DNA of 30,638 bases, from NCBI GenBank assembly GCA_036574205.1, contig JAINCQ010000010.1:1-30638 (forward strand). Direction: 5' to 3'. Position 1 is the first letter of the stretch. Every line of letters begins with the position of its first letter. The notes under the pieces are model-generated. The model was not told where the DNA came from and made no database searches. It saw nothing but the letters and a program-made list of their open reading frames with translations. The stretch comes from Elusimicrobiota bacterium. Its GTDB lineage: Bacteria > Elusimicrobiota > Elusimicrobia > Elusimicrobiales > UBA9959. Below, piece after piece: positions 18,531 through 27,987 of the stretch. The translations under genes were made by a program, and so were the position numbers.

Positions 18531-19000
18531 GAGAATTTGAAAGGAAAGATTATTTGATAATAATAGTTGTTGTCCTATTCTTTTTTCTTGTAATTCCAGT
18601 GACTGTTTTTAAGAAAATTTTTTTAGAATATTTCTCATTTCTTGATAAATGGGCTGAAAAGCCGATGAGTTTTGTAAAAAAACAGGTGATTTCAAGAATA
18701 CCTCAGGGAAGAGGAGCAGGGCAGGGAGATTTAAAACTTCCTGATTTTAAATTTGTTAAGTTTGAGTTAGAAATATCAAATGCAAAAGAGATATCAATAA
18801 TTGCTGATTTTAATAAATGGAATTCTTCATACAGTTCTCTAAAGAAAGAAAAAGGCAATAAATGGAGTATTGAACTTCCGTTGATAAAAGGGAGATATAG
18901 ATATGTTTTTTTAGTTGATGGGAAAGAAACTCTTGATCCTTTAAATCCGAATGTTGAATTTTATGAGGGAAGGAAAGTATCTGTTGTGGAGGTTAAGTGA
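18527..19000 (+). CDS. membrane-anchored glycogen-binding (CBM48/AMPK-beta-like) domain protein
   Basis: N-terminal TM; IIADFNKWN, WSIELPL..GRYRYVFLVDG, DPLNP; ATGA overlap with the upstream gene. Confidence 0.8.
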   Translation: MREFERKDYLIIIVVVLFFFLVIPVTVFKKIFLEYFSFLDKWAEKPMSFVKKQVISRIPQGRGAGQGDLKLPDFKFVKFELEISNAKEISIIADFNKWNSSYSSLKKEKGNKWSIELPLIKGRYRYVFLVDGKETLDPLNPNVEFYEGRKVSVVEVK

Positions 19001-20451
19001 GTATTTTTCTTGCATTTTTACTTTTTATCTCTTTTAACGCAAATGCTAAGGAATATAAATCTATTTTATGGATTACTAATTCGACCTCCGATATTATGGA
19101 AATAGAGGCTTTTAAGGATGAAAAAAAACTTGATTTTAATTTTACTCTTTTGACATCTTTAAAAACTGATGTTACATCTTTTTATAATATTGAAGTTGTG
19201 GATAATTTATTTAATTTTTATCCGATTGATGCAGTTTTTTTCCCGACAGCTTATTCTTTTAAAGGAATTATAGGATATAACGATAATTCAGTTTTTTTCC
19301 CGGTATTGTTTGATTATTACCAAAATCTTTTAAATACTTCAAAAAAAACTGGATTGTTTATATCCAGTGGCAGGTTGAAAGAAACGGAAGCTTTGCTGGC
19401 AAGATCTTATAATTATGAGTGGCTTGCGGGAGGGATCTCAAGTCAATCAATTTCTGGCGTTGTGTGTGTTAGTAGTTTCCCTGTTGTCATTTTTGATATA
19501 ATTAGATCAACCGATGAGTTTTATTCGTCAAAAAACAATTTTATTCTGATCAACGATTATAAGGGTGGTTCGTCTGTTGGTTTATTGAAAACCATTTTTG
19601 AGGATAAGAATTTTGAGTTTATCTCTGTTAGAGATGGTATAAAAAAATCTGATTGTATGGTTGAATATAATAATGAGATGAATTTTAGTCCTATCATTGA
19701 TTATTCTGATTTTGAAGAAAAAGAAAATATGATGAATTATCTTAATTACCTGATTTTAATAACCAGAGATATTTCAAAATACCAAAAGTCGTTTACTCCG
19801 CAAATATTTGGAATGTATAAAGAGCTTTTTGAATATTTTAATCCAGATCTAATTGAAAAAGAAGATGCTGAGGAAAACATAAGAGATATTACCAACAATA
19901 TTTATATGAGTCTGGGAGTGGAGACCCCGTATTTTGTTTATTCAGATTTTTTAAAAATTCCAAATTTAAAAAATTATATAAAGGAAGTCGGAAAAGATTC
20001 AGTATCGTTTTTTTCTATTTCCACCCAGAGAATCAAATCTTTTTCTATTGAAAAATCAAGTGGAAATCTTGTTTTTATTATCGATTTATCGTCGAACGCA
20101 GCGGAGGGAGAATATCATATATATATAGACATAAATCAAAGGAGAAATGCCGGGTTGGAATCGGTTATTGGAAAAAATGAAAAATTAGATAGTAACTACG
20201 GTTGGGAGTATGCTCTTATAATCAAAGATAAAAAGGTTATTTCATATAAAGCAGCTTTAAAATCATATAACGTATTTAAAAAATATAACTTTAAACAGGA
20301 AGATGAAAAGATTTATTTTGAAGTAAATGAAAACGATTTTCCGGGCAATTTCTTGAAATGGAATTATTTTGTCTTAAATTATGACGGCGATGATCTTATT
20401 GGTGGGGTATTTGAGCGTAGCGGATTGATATTTCTTTATCCTGCTGATTGA
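18997..20451 (+). CDS. secreted hypothetical protein; C-terminus resembles a glucodextranase/amylopullulanase DOMON-like domain
   Basis: GTG start in GTGA overlap; signal peptide ending ANA; YHIYIDINQRRNAG...WEYALII. Domain call is by recall and tentative. Confidence 0.55.
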   Translation: MSIFLAFLLFISFNANAKEYKSILWITNSTSDIMEIEAFKDEKKLDFNFTLLTSLKTDVTSFYNIEVVDNLFNFYPIDAVFFPTAYSFKGIIGYNDNSVFFPVLFDYYQNLLNTSKKTGLFISSGRLKETEALLARSYNYEWLAGGISSQSISGVVCVSSFPVVIFDIIRSTDEFYSSKNNFILINDYKGGSSVGLLKTIFEDKNFEFISVRDGIKKSDCMVEYNNEMNFSPIIDYSDFEEKENMMNYLNYLILITRDISKYQKSFTPQIFGMYKELFEYFNPDLIEKEDAEENIRDITNNIYMSLGVETPYFVYSDFLKIPNLKNYIKEVGKDSVSFFSISTQRIKSFSIEKSSGNLVFIIDLSSNAAEGEYHIYIDINQRRNAGLESVIGKNEKLDSNYGWEYALIIKDKKVISYKAALKSYNVFKKYNFKQEDEKIYFEVNENDFPGNFLKWNYFVLNYDGDDLIGGVFERSGLIFLYPAD

Positions 20452-20452
20452 T

Positions 20453-20481
20453 TTGATTATTTGATGTTTTTTTGCTATTCT
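20453..20481 (+). promoter_or_regulatory. putative extended -10 promoter
   Basis: TTGATT (20453-20458), 17 nt, TATTCT (20476-20481) preceded by TG (20473-20474); ATG after 7 nt. Confidence 0.55.
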
Positions 20482-20488
20482 AATTCTT

Positions 20489-21709
20489 ATGATATATCTT
20501 CTTGTTTCAATAATATTTTTCCTTCTAATAATACTTTTTATAGTTCTAAATCGTTTATACCATTTAAAATTGATTTCTCTTAAATTGAAAAAACCTTCAG
20601 ATTCTAATTTTAAAAAGATATGGTCTAAATTTGATGAGCTTTTACTTGATATGATAACAATTCATAATTATGGGATAAATGGAGTTCCAAGCGGACAGGA
20701 GGGAGAATTTTATAAAATGGCTGTTGAAAAAGCATGTGATGTGGTTAACTCTGAACGGGGATCTATAATGATATATGATAAGGATGAAAATATTTTGCGC
20801 ATTACCGCTAGCTGTGGCATAAGCGATGAACTTGTAAAAACTGTTAAGCTTAAACCGGGTGAGGGAATAGCGGGAAGGGCTTTTGGAAAAGGTGAAATAA
20901 TCTTTGTGACCAATCCACAAAAAAACCCTGATTACGATAGATTTCTTGGATATGATGAACAAACAGAGCCGTTTGTCTCTATCCCACTAAAAATAAAAGG
21001 AAATCCTATAGGCGTTCTTAATATTCATCTACCAAAAGGCAAAAATAGTTTTTCAGACTGGGAACTTAAATTTCTTACTATACTTGCAGACGAAATATCG
21101 GTGATGGCAGAAAATATAAGTTTATATCAAAGCATAGAAAAATTTTATATACAACTTGTTGAGACCCTTGCAAGGATAATAGACGCAAAAGACGCTTATA
21201 CTTCTGATCATGCTACCAGAGCTAGAGAAAGAGCGTCAAAACTTGCTTTAAAATTAAACATTCCGCAAAGCATGATAAGGACTATAGAATATGCCGCTCT
21301 TCTTCATGATATGGGCAAGATAGGGATAGATGAAAAGATAATTACAAAACCTGGCAAACTTACAGATGAAGAGTATCGTCAAATGAAAAAGCACCCTGAA
21401 ATAGCATATCAGATACTTTCTCCCATTGAGTTTCTTTCTCCAGTCTCTAAGATAGTTTTATATCATCATGAATGGTATAATGGCATGGGATATCCAGATG
21501 GGCTTAAAGGTGAAGAAATTCCGCTTGGTTCCAGAATTGTCAGCGTTATAGATGCATGGGACGCAATGACTTCTGACAGACCATATAGAAAAGCACTTTC
21601 TAAAGAGACAGCCATTGCTGAACTAAAGAAAGGAGCTGGCATACAGTTTGATCCTAAGGTGGTTGAATCTTTTATCGAGCTTCTTGATGAAGAAGATTTA
21701 AGCAGGTAA
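20489..21709 (+). CDS. membrane-anchored GAF + HD-GYP cyclic dinucleotide phosphodiesterase
   Basis: N-terminal TM; GAF (GEGIAG, SIPLKIKGNPIGVLNI); DAKDAYTSDH, LLHDMGK, HHEWYNGMGYPDGL, DAWDAMTSDRPYR. Confidence 0.92.
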   Translation: MIYLLVSIIFFLLIILFIVLNRLYHLKLISLKLKKPSDSNFKKIWSKFDELLLDMITIHNYGINGVPSGQEGEFYKMAVEKACDVVNSERGSIMIYDKDENILRITASCGISDELVKTVKLKPGEGIAGRAFGKGEIIFVTNPQKNPDYDRFLGYDEQTEPFVSIPLKIKGNPIGVLNIHLPKGKNSFSDWELKFLTILADEISVMAENISLYQSIEKFYIQLVETLARIIDAKDAYTSDHATRARERASKLALKLNIPQSMIRTIEYAALLHDMGKIGIDEKIITKPGKLTDEEYRQMKKHPEIAYQILSPIEFLSPVSKIVLYHHEWYNGMGYPDGLKGEEIPLGSRIVSVIDAWDAMTSDRPYRKALSKETAIAELKKGAGIQFDPKVVESFIELLDEEDLSR

Positions 21710-21714
21710 AAACA

Positions 21715-22848
21715 GTGCTTTATATAATCTCAACGCCAATAGGAAATTTCAAAGACATAACATTTAGAGCTCTTGAGGCTATTAAAGATTGCGATTGTAT
21801 TTTTTGTGAGAATACATCTCAGACTTTAAAGCTTCTGACTCATTATGGAATCTCAAAACCTATATTTCATTATAATGACCATAATCTAAAATGCGTGGAA
21901 AAAATACGGAATTTTCTGGATAATGGTAAAAAAGTGGCTCTTATTTCTGACGGTGGTATGCCAAATATCTCCGATCCGGGTTTTATGGCGATAAGATATG
22001 CCAGAGAAAGAGGAATAAAAGTAGAAATATTTGGTGGTCCAACTGCTGTAATAAACGCTGTGGCTGGAAGTGGATTTGATGCAAGTAATTTTGTTTTTCT
22101 TGGTTTTTTACCAAGGTCTGACTCAAAGTTGCTTAGAAAACTTGAAAAAGCTTTTTTGCTTAACTGTCCGGTAATTGTCTATGAGTCTCCTAACAGGGTT
22201 GTCTCATTACTTAAATTTGTTATGGAAAAAATAGGTGATATAGAAGTTTGCGTAATGAGAGAAATGACAAAAATTTATGAGGAATGTTTTTGGGGTAATA
22301 TTTCAGAGGTTTTAAGAAAACTTAAAAGTAAAGATATTATTAAAGGAGAGATTACAATAGTTTTTAAAAAAGATTTAAAAGTCATAGAAACTAATGTAAA
22401 AAAAATTGGTTTTGTATGTACTGGAAATACTTGTAGGAGTGTTATGGCTCATTATTATGCTGAAGCTAAGGCAAAAGAAATGGGAATAAAAATATCTATA
22501 TCATCTGCTGGAATTATGGCGGCGGATAAAAATTATACTTGTGATATGACGATTAAAATACTTGAAAAGGAAGGTATAAAATTCTCACATTTTCCAAGAC
22601 AAATAGATAGGGATTTTATAGAATCAAATGATATGATATTTGTTATGACAAGAAAACATATGGAAGTATTGAATGCCCTGTTTCCTGAATATAGCTTCAA
22701 AATTTTTCTTTTGCTTCAGTATGCTGGTTTTGGTAATAGTGATATATATGATCCTTTTGGTAAACCTTATTATGAATATGAGCTTGTATTCAAGCAGATA
22801 AAGAAGTCTGTTGATTTTATACTGGAAAAAATGTTAAAAAAAACTTAA
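21715..22848 (+). CDS. rsmI: 16S rRNA C1402 2'-O-methyltransferase RsmI fused to a low-molecular-weight phosphatase domain
   Basis: LYIISTPIGN..DITFRA, LISDGGMPNISDPG, FLGFLP, YESPNR, REMTKIYEE, KGEITIV; then in frame FVCTGNTCRS, SSAG, DIYDPFG. Confidence 0.9.
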   Translation: MLYIISTPIGNFKDITFRALEAIKDCDCIFCENTSQTLKLLTHYGISKPIFHYNDHNLKCVEKIRNFLDNGKKVALISDGGMPNISDPGFMAIRYARERGIKVEIFGGPTAVINAVAGSGFDASNFVFLGFLPRSDSKLLRKLEKAFLLNCPVIVYESPNRVVSLLKFVMEKIGDIEVCVMREMTKIYEECFWGNISEVLRKLKSKDIIKGEITIVFKKDLKVIETNVKKIGFVCTGNTCRSVMAHYYAEAKAKEMGIKISISSAGIMAADKNYTCDMTIKILEKEGIKFSHFPRQIDRDFIESNDMIFVMTRKHMEVLNALFPEYSFKIFLLLQYAGFGNSDIYDPFGKPYYEYELVFKQIKKSVDFILEKMLKKT

Positions 22849-22912
22849 TAAAATTTATAAAATGTAAGTGTAGGAGTGTTTTGTTAAAAAGCAGATTTTA
22901 TGGAGGTATATT

Positions 22913-24157
22913 ATGTATGAAGAGGTAAAAAAAATTGATCCTGAAATTTATGGGGCTATAAGGGGTGAATTATCAAGACAGCAGGATAAACTTGAGCTGA
23001 TTGCCTCGGAAAATTATACATCAAAAGCAGTTCTTGAGGCTCTTGGTAGTGTATTGACTAATAAGTATGCTGAAGGATATCCGGGAAAAAGATATTATGG
23101 TGGGTGTGAGTGGGTTGATATAGCTGAGAATCTTGCTATTAAAAGAGCTAAAGAATTATTTAAAGCTGAACATGCGAATGTTCAACCTCATAGTGGAACT
23201 CAGGCGAATATAACAGCGTATCTTTCTTTAATAGGACCTGGAGATACTGTTATGGGATTAAATCTCTCTCACGGTGGGCATCTTTCTCATGGTCATCCTT
23301 TGAATTTTTCAGGAAGATATTTCAAGATAGTAAATATAAATGTAAATAGAGAAACAGAGTTAATAGATTACCAGGAGATGGAAAAGACCATTGAAAAAGA
23401 AAGACCAAAACTTATTATGGCTGGAGCGTCAAACTATTCAAGAGTATGGGATTGGAAAAGGATAAAGCAGATGGCAGATAACTGGAAATGCTATCTGGTT
23501 TGCGATATAGCTCATTATGCTGGGCTTATAGCGGCAGGGCTTTACCCTTCTCCTGTTGAGTATGCCGATATAGTTACCACAACAACACATAAAACATTAA
23601 GAGGACCAAGAGGTGGCTTGATAGTTTCCAAAAAAGTTTACGCTAAATCCATAGACAGAACTAATTTCCCGGGGAATCAAGGTGGCCCGCTTATGCATGT
23701 TATTGCTGCAAAAGCTGTGTGTTTTGGCGAGGCGCTTAAACCTGAGTTTGTTGAGTATCAAAAACAGGTAATCTCCAACGCAAAAAAATTAGCTAAGGAA
23801 CTTGAAAATAGGGGATACAGGATAGTATCAGGTGGTACTGATTCTCATTTATTTTCAGTTGACTTGCGATCCAAAAACATAACAGGCAAAGATGCGGAAA
23901 TAGCGCTTGACAAAGCTGGAATAACAGTAAATAAAAATACCATTCCATATGATCCACAACCACCGCTTGTTACAAGCGGAATAAGGGTTGGCACACCAGC
24001 TATAACCACCCGTGGAATGAAAGAAAAGGAGATGGAGGAAGTGGCAGAGTATATTAATGATGCCATACTTCATCACTTAGATGATTCATACCTTAAATCC
24101 CTGAGTGAAAAAGTTAAAAAGCTTACTCAAAGATTTCCTATTTATAGCGATTTTTAA
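22913..24157 (+). CDS. glyA: serine hydroxymethyltransferase
   Basis: [46 protein letters not shown] (PLP Lys), [14 protein letters not shown]. Confidence 0.99.
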   Translation: MYEEVKKIDPEIYGAIRGELSRQQDKLELIASENYTSKAVLEALGSVLTNKYAEGYPGKRYYGGCEWVDIAENLAIKRAKELFKAEHANVQPHSGTQANITAYLSLIGPGDTVMGLNLSHGGHLSHGHPLNFSGRYFKIVNINVNRETELIDYQEMEKTIEKERPKLIMAGASNYSRVWDWKRIKQMADNWKCYLVCDIAHYAGLIAAGLYPSPVEYADIVTTTTHKTLRGPRGGLIVSKKVYAKSIDRTNFPGNQGGPLMHVIAAKAVCFGEALKPEFVEYQKQVISNAKKLAKELENRGYRIVSGGTDSHLFSVDLRSKNITGKDAEIALDKAGITVNKNTIPYDPQPPLVTSGIRVGTPAITTRGMKEKEMEEVAEYINDAILHHLDDSYLKSLSEKVKKLTQRFPIYSDF

Positions 24158-24165
24158 TCTGGATA

Positions 24166-24174
24166 TGATAGAAT
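24166..24174 (+). promoter_or_regulatory. putative extended -10 element for the two-component pair
   Basis: TG-A-TAGAAT in the 24-nt gap after glyA; ATG after 7 nt; no SD. Confidence 0.5.
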
Positions 24175-24181
24175 AATATAT

Positions 24182-25336
24182 ATGCCGTCAAAAGTTCTTA
24201 TAGTAGACGATGACGCCCATCTAAGAGATACCTTACATGATTTACTTGAAATGGAGGGATATGAGGTTTTTGAAGCCTCAAATGGATCTGAAGCTATGAG
24301 CCTTGTGGCTTCCGATTTCTATCACATTATATTAATGGATTTTAACCTTACGGATAAAACCGGCATAGAGGTAATAAAAGATATAAGGAAGCTCAATAAA
24401 GACAGCCAGATATTAATGATGACAGCCCATGCCTCTCTTGATACCGCACTAAGAGCCATTCAAGAGTCAGTTTATGATTTTTTAGTAAAGCCGGTAGACT
24501 TTACTTATCTAAAAAATGCAATAAGACGAGCTGAGGATAAATTAAGGCTTGAACAGGAAAATAGAAGATTACTTAGTGTTTTAAAAGAGCAAAACAGAGA
24601 GCTTGATAGATTAAACAACATGAAATCCAAGTTTCTTTCAATGGCAAGCCATGATCTATCAAACGCTCTTATGACACTTCAAATAAGTTTTGAGATGCTT
24701 GCAACTTCAATAAAAGAACCGACAGAAGACCAGAAAAAAAAGATGAATTTTATAAATACAAGCATACAGCAGATAAACAGACTTGTTGGAGATCTTGTTG
24801 ACTGGGCATCAATAGAGCAGGGAAAATTCAGGCTTGAAAAAAATTATTTTGAGATGGATAAACTTGTAGATGAATTGGTAGTTGGACCAAAAGCAAGGGC
24901 GTCTCAGAAAAACATAGAGATATCAACTGAGATAATCAAAGAGGGGCTTAAAATAGTTTGCGCTGATAAAAGAAGGATAAGTCAGGTTGTGCTTAATTTG
25001 CTTGAAAATGCCATAAGACATACTTCAAGGGGTGGAAAGATAAAAGTTAGAGTTGAGAAAATGAAAGACGAAGATAGTGTTTGTGTAAGTGTTATAGACA
25101 ATGGTGAGGGAATTCCTTCAGATATCCTTGAAAAGCTTTTTCAAAGTTTTTACCAACCGCCTGGTTCAAAAGCTGGCCATGGAAGGCTTGGGCTTGGGCT
25201 ATCAATTTCAAAAGAAATAATTCAGGCGCATGGTGGGAGAATATGGGTTGAGTCTGAAGGGGTTGGTAAGGGCGCTTCTTTTAGATTTGTTCTTCCTTTT
25301 GCCAGAGAGGGAGAATCGGAAACAAAAAAGACATAA
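24182..25336 (+). CDS. cytoplasmic hybrid histidine kinase (REC-HisKA-HATPase_c)
   Basis: REC VLIVDDD, LMD, FLVKP; H-box MASHDL; N-box NLLENAIRH; DNGEGI; GLGLSISKEIIQAHGGRI; no TM. Confidence 0.92.
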   Translation: MPSKVLIVDDDAHLRDTLHDLLEMEGYEVFEASNGSEAMSLVASDFYHIILMDFNLTDKTGIEVIKDIRKLNKDSQILMMTAHASLDTALRAIQESVYDFLVKPVDFTYLKNAIRRAEDKLRLEQENRRLLSVLKEQNRELDRLNNMKSKFLSMASHDLSNALMTLQISFEMLATSIKEPTEDQKKKMNFINTSIQQINRLVGDLVDWASIEQGKFRLEKNYFEMDKLVDELVVGPKARASQKNIEISTEIIKEGLKIVCADKRRISQVVLNLLENAIRHTSRGGKIKVRVEKMKDEDSVCVSVIDNGEGIPSDILEKLFQSFYQPPGSKAGHGRLGLGLSISKEIIQAHGGRIWVESEGVGKGASFRFVLPFAREGESETKKT

Positions 25337-25355
25337 TTTTTGAACGGGAGGAATT

Positions 25356-26009
25356 ATGGCAAAAATAGTTACTGTTCTTCTTGCGGATGATCAAACATTG
25401 TTTAGAGAAGGGTTGAAAGATTTGCTTGAAGATGAAAAAGGCATAAAAGTAATTGGTGAGGCTAAAACAGGTCCTGAGGCTATTGATATGGTTAGAAGAT
25501 TTAAACCTGATGTAGTTTTAATGGATATAAAGATTCCAGAATTAGATGGAATATCTGCAACGAAGGTGATAAGGGAAAAATTTCCACAGACAAATGTTAT
25601 AATACTTTCAAGTTATGAGGATGAAGTTCATATAACCGAAGCGGTTGCGGCAGGAGCAAACGGTTATCTTTCAAAGATGCTTCCAGCCAGCGAGCTTGTT
25701 AATGCTTTAAAAACATTTACAAGCGAATCTGTTATGATTCCTCAACCTATAATGAATAAGCTTATAAGCGGCTTGAGACAGGGTGTTTCAAAAGATTCTC
25801 CCGAGGCTCTTACACCAACTGAGATGAAGGTTATGTCACTGCTTGGAAAAGGGAAATCCAATAAAGAAATAGCGGTTGAGTTAAAATGTAGCGTCAAAAC
25901 CGTAAAAAATCATTTAAACAGCATATTTAATAAATTGGGCGTTACCAATAGAACAGAAGCTGTTGTAAAAGCTATTGAAAAAGGTTTAATATCGCCTGAA
26001 AATCAGTAA
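25356..26009 (+). CDS. NarL/LuxR-family response regulator
   Basis: LLADDQ, PDVVLMDI, GYLSK; HTH LTPTE...GKSNKEIA...KTVKNHLNSIFNKLGV.NRTEAV. Confidence 0.95.
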   Translation: MAKIVTVLLADDQTLFREGLKDLLEDEKGIKVIGEAKTGPEAIDMVRRFKPDVVLMDIKIPELDGISATKVIREKFPQTNVIILSSYEDEVHITEAVAAGANGYLSKMLPASELVNALKTFTSESVMIPQPIMNKLISGLRQGVSKDSPEALTPTEMKVMSLLGKGKSNKEIAVELKCSVKTVKNHLNSIFNKLGVTNRTEAVVKAIEKGLISPENQ

Positions 26010-26061
26010 TATTTACTCTAAATTATCTTTTTTTGTTAATAAATATTTAAAAAAATAGATA

Positions 26062-26092
26062 TTGAAAAATTACCTATTTAATGCTATATAAT
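26062..26092 (+). promoter_or_regulatory. putative promoter of the pilin-like/FtsH unit
   Basis: TTGAAA (26062-26067); TATAAT (26087-26092), or overlapping TG-C-TATATA at 17-nt spacing; ATG 26099 lies 6 nt after TATAAT. Confidence 0.55.
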
Positions 26093-26098
26093 AAGTAT

Positions 26099-26293
26099 AT
26101 GAGTAAAATATTTCAGAGAAAATTTCTATGTTTTAGAAGAAATGCTCAGGCTACGGTAGAATATCTTATGCTTTTAGCTATGATAGCTGGTGGAGCAATA
26201 ATGTTTTTCATCCTTTTTTACAGGAAAATAATAGGTATTTTTTTTACTATTGTAGGTCTTATTCTTGGAGCTGGAACGCCAAAACAGGGTTGA
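26099..26293 (+). CDS. Flp/class III signal peptide pilin-like protein
   Basis: 64 aa from ATG 26099; RRNA|QATVEY with Glu+5/Tyr+6, then a long hydrophobic helix. Confidence 0.7.
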   Translation: MSKIFQRKFLCFRRNAQATVEYLMLLAMIAGGAIMFFILFYRKIIGIFFTIVGLILGAGTPKQG

Positions 26294-26295
26294 TT

Positions 26296-27417
26296 ATGAA
26301 AAGAAAAGCTCAACTTTTATTACCATCTATTCTTGTAATACCATCCCTTCTTACTTTTATTTATCTTCTTTATGAAACGACCAAAATTTCAAGAGAGAAA
26401 ATAAGAACTCAGTTTGCGCTTGATTCCGCCGCTTTCATACAGATGCAGGACTATACAAACTTTTTAAATAGAACTGCTTATGTAAACGGAGCTTTCCCAT
26501 ACAGGATATTCAAGCAGGAATGGGATTGCAAGACCCAGCAAGATTTTCTTCAGCGCACGGACGACAATGGAAATGCATGTCCTTATACAATGTTCTGGGA
26601 GGCTGGCGCATTCCCTTCCTGGGTAGGTGATGTTGTTGGGACAGATCCAAGTGGCTCTGTTTTTGATAATTCTGATAAATGGGAGATAAAATTTAATGAT
26701 CAGCCGACAGAACTTGTAGAAAATCCAAGGCAGGCGCAGTTAAACTCCGTAACTCCTAATTTTGGGGATGAACTGATATTTATAAACACAAAGCAGGCTC
26801 AGAGAATATATATTTTCTGGGACCCTTCTCTTAATTACTATAAATTTTATGCTCAGGTTTATCTTACTCTTGGTACGATTGAAGAATCTCAATTTGCAGT
26901 GTTTCAAAGGTTGACAGAAAAGATGAATTTTTTCAGAAAATCGTTTTATCTTAATGCTGCTACACAAAAATGTCTTGATAATCCAGAATTTTGCGGACAG
27001 GATGCTCTTGATGGTTCAGGTTTAAGGAAATGGAATAGAAACAGTGATATAAAGATACATTACATAAAAAGAATGAGATGGTGGGCAAAATATTATGTTG
27101 GGGGGCTTCCGCCCTATGAAATAGCAAAGACCGATCCACCAGTTGAATTTCCAGAACCTGGACTTTTTCAATTAACCACAGCCGACCCAAATTTATTGAA
27201 GCAGGTAGGATGGGGATATCAACTTTATCATCCTGTAGATCCAGGTAAAAATTATTTTAACATAGATTTTAAATCAAAAGGTTGGAAAGAATGTTTAGAT
27301 CAAGCCTCACCCTGTGTTCATGCGATGATTACATCACAGTGTCCAGATCTTCTCCATTCAAATAATTGCGTATGGCCAAATCCAACCCCAAAATATCAGA
27401 CAAGGTTATATCCATAA
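26296..27417 (+). CDS. TadG-like minor pilin with a Cys/aromatic-rich extracellular domain
   Basis: MKRKA|QLLLP, TM helix, then RTQFALDSAAF resembling the Tad LQxAxDAAAL motif; 8 Cys. Confidence 0.6.
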   Translation: MKRKAQLLLPSILVIPSLLTFIYLLYETTKISREKIRTQFALDSAAFIQMQDYTNFLNRTAYVNGAFPYRIFKQEWDCKTQQDFLQRTDDNGNACPYTMFWEAGAFPSWVGDVVGTDPSGSVFDNSDKWEIKFNDQPTELVENPRQAQLNSVTPNFGDELIFINTKQAQRIYIFWDPSLNYYKFYAQVYLTLGTIEESQFAVFQRLTEKMNFFRKSFYLNAATQKCLDNPEFCGQDALDGSGLRKWNRNSDIKIHYIKRMRWWAKYYVGGLPPYEIAKTDPPVEFPEPGLFQLTTADPNLLKQVGWGYQLYHPVDPGKNYFNIDFKSKGWKECLDQASPCVHAMITSQCPDLLHSNNCVWPNPTPKYQTRLYP

Positions 27418-27419
27418 GT

Positions 27420-27983
27420 ATGAATAAAGTAATGATAAATTTAAAAAAAAGAGCGGCGCAAGCAATGACAGAGGTTGTTTTATTATTTCCAGTTTTTATA
27501 ATAGTTCTTTATTTTACTGCAAAAATTTTAGCGCTTCTTGTTCTTGTTCAGAAGATGGAGATTTCAGCCTATTATGCAGCCAGAAGATGGCAATTAGAAT
27601 CTCATTTATATACTGGTTATGCAAGTGGCTGGGATGAAACATTTTTAAAGCGGGATATAAAAGATAAGGTTGCTGAATATATAGGATTTAATTCAAGCAG
27701 TGTAAAAAAATTTCTTAATCTTAAAGACAATGGGCTTGAATTTGAAATTTTAAGGACTCAAGTGTGGAATGTGGTAACTATAAGGGTTTATACCAATCCG
27801 GCAGGTATAAAGCTTCTTTGTAAATATCCAAAACAGGCTGTTTGTGTGGATAAATTTAAAAATCAATATTGCGAATCAGGTTATGATTATATATGCACAA
27901 GCGGGAAAGCGCTTGAAGTCATAAAATATGTTCCAAATAGAGATAGGCCAATAGCGTTTGTACTTCCGGGCTTGCAGTCTTAA
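27420..27983 (+). CDS. TadE-like minor pilin
   Basis: KKRAA|QAMTEVVLLFPVF (Glu+5, Pro) and SAYYAAR resembling TadE AAREGAR; 4 C-terminal Cys; start at 27420 or 27432. Confidence 0.7.
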   Translation: MNKVMINLKKRAAQAMTEVVLLFPVFIIVLYFTAKILALLVLVQKMEISAYYAARRWQLESHLYTGYASGWDETFLKRDIKDKVAEYIGFNSSSVKKFLNLKDNGLEFEILRTQVWNVVTIRVYTNPAGIKLLCKYPKQAVCVDKFKNQYCESGYDYICTSGKALEVIKYVPNRDRPIAFVLPGLQS

Positions 27984-27987
27984 AAAT

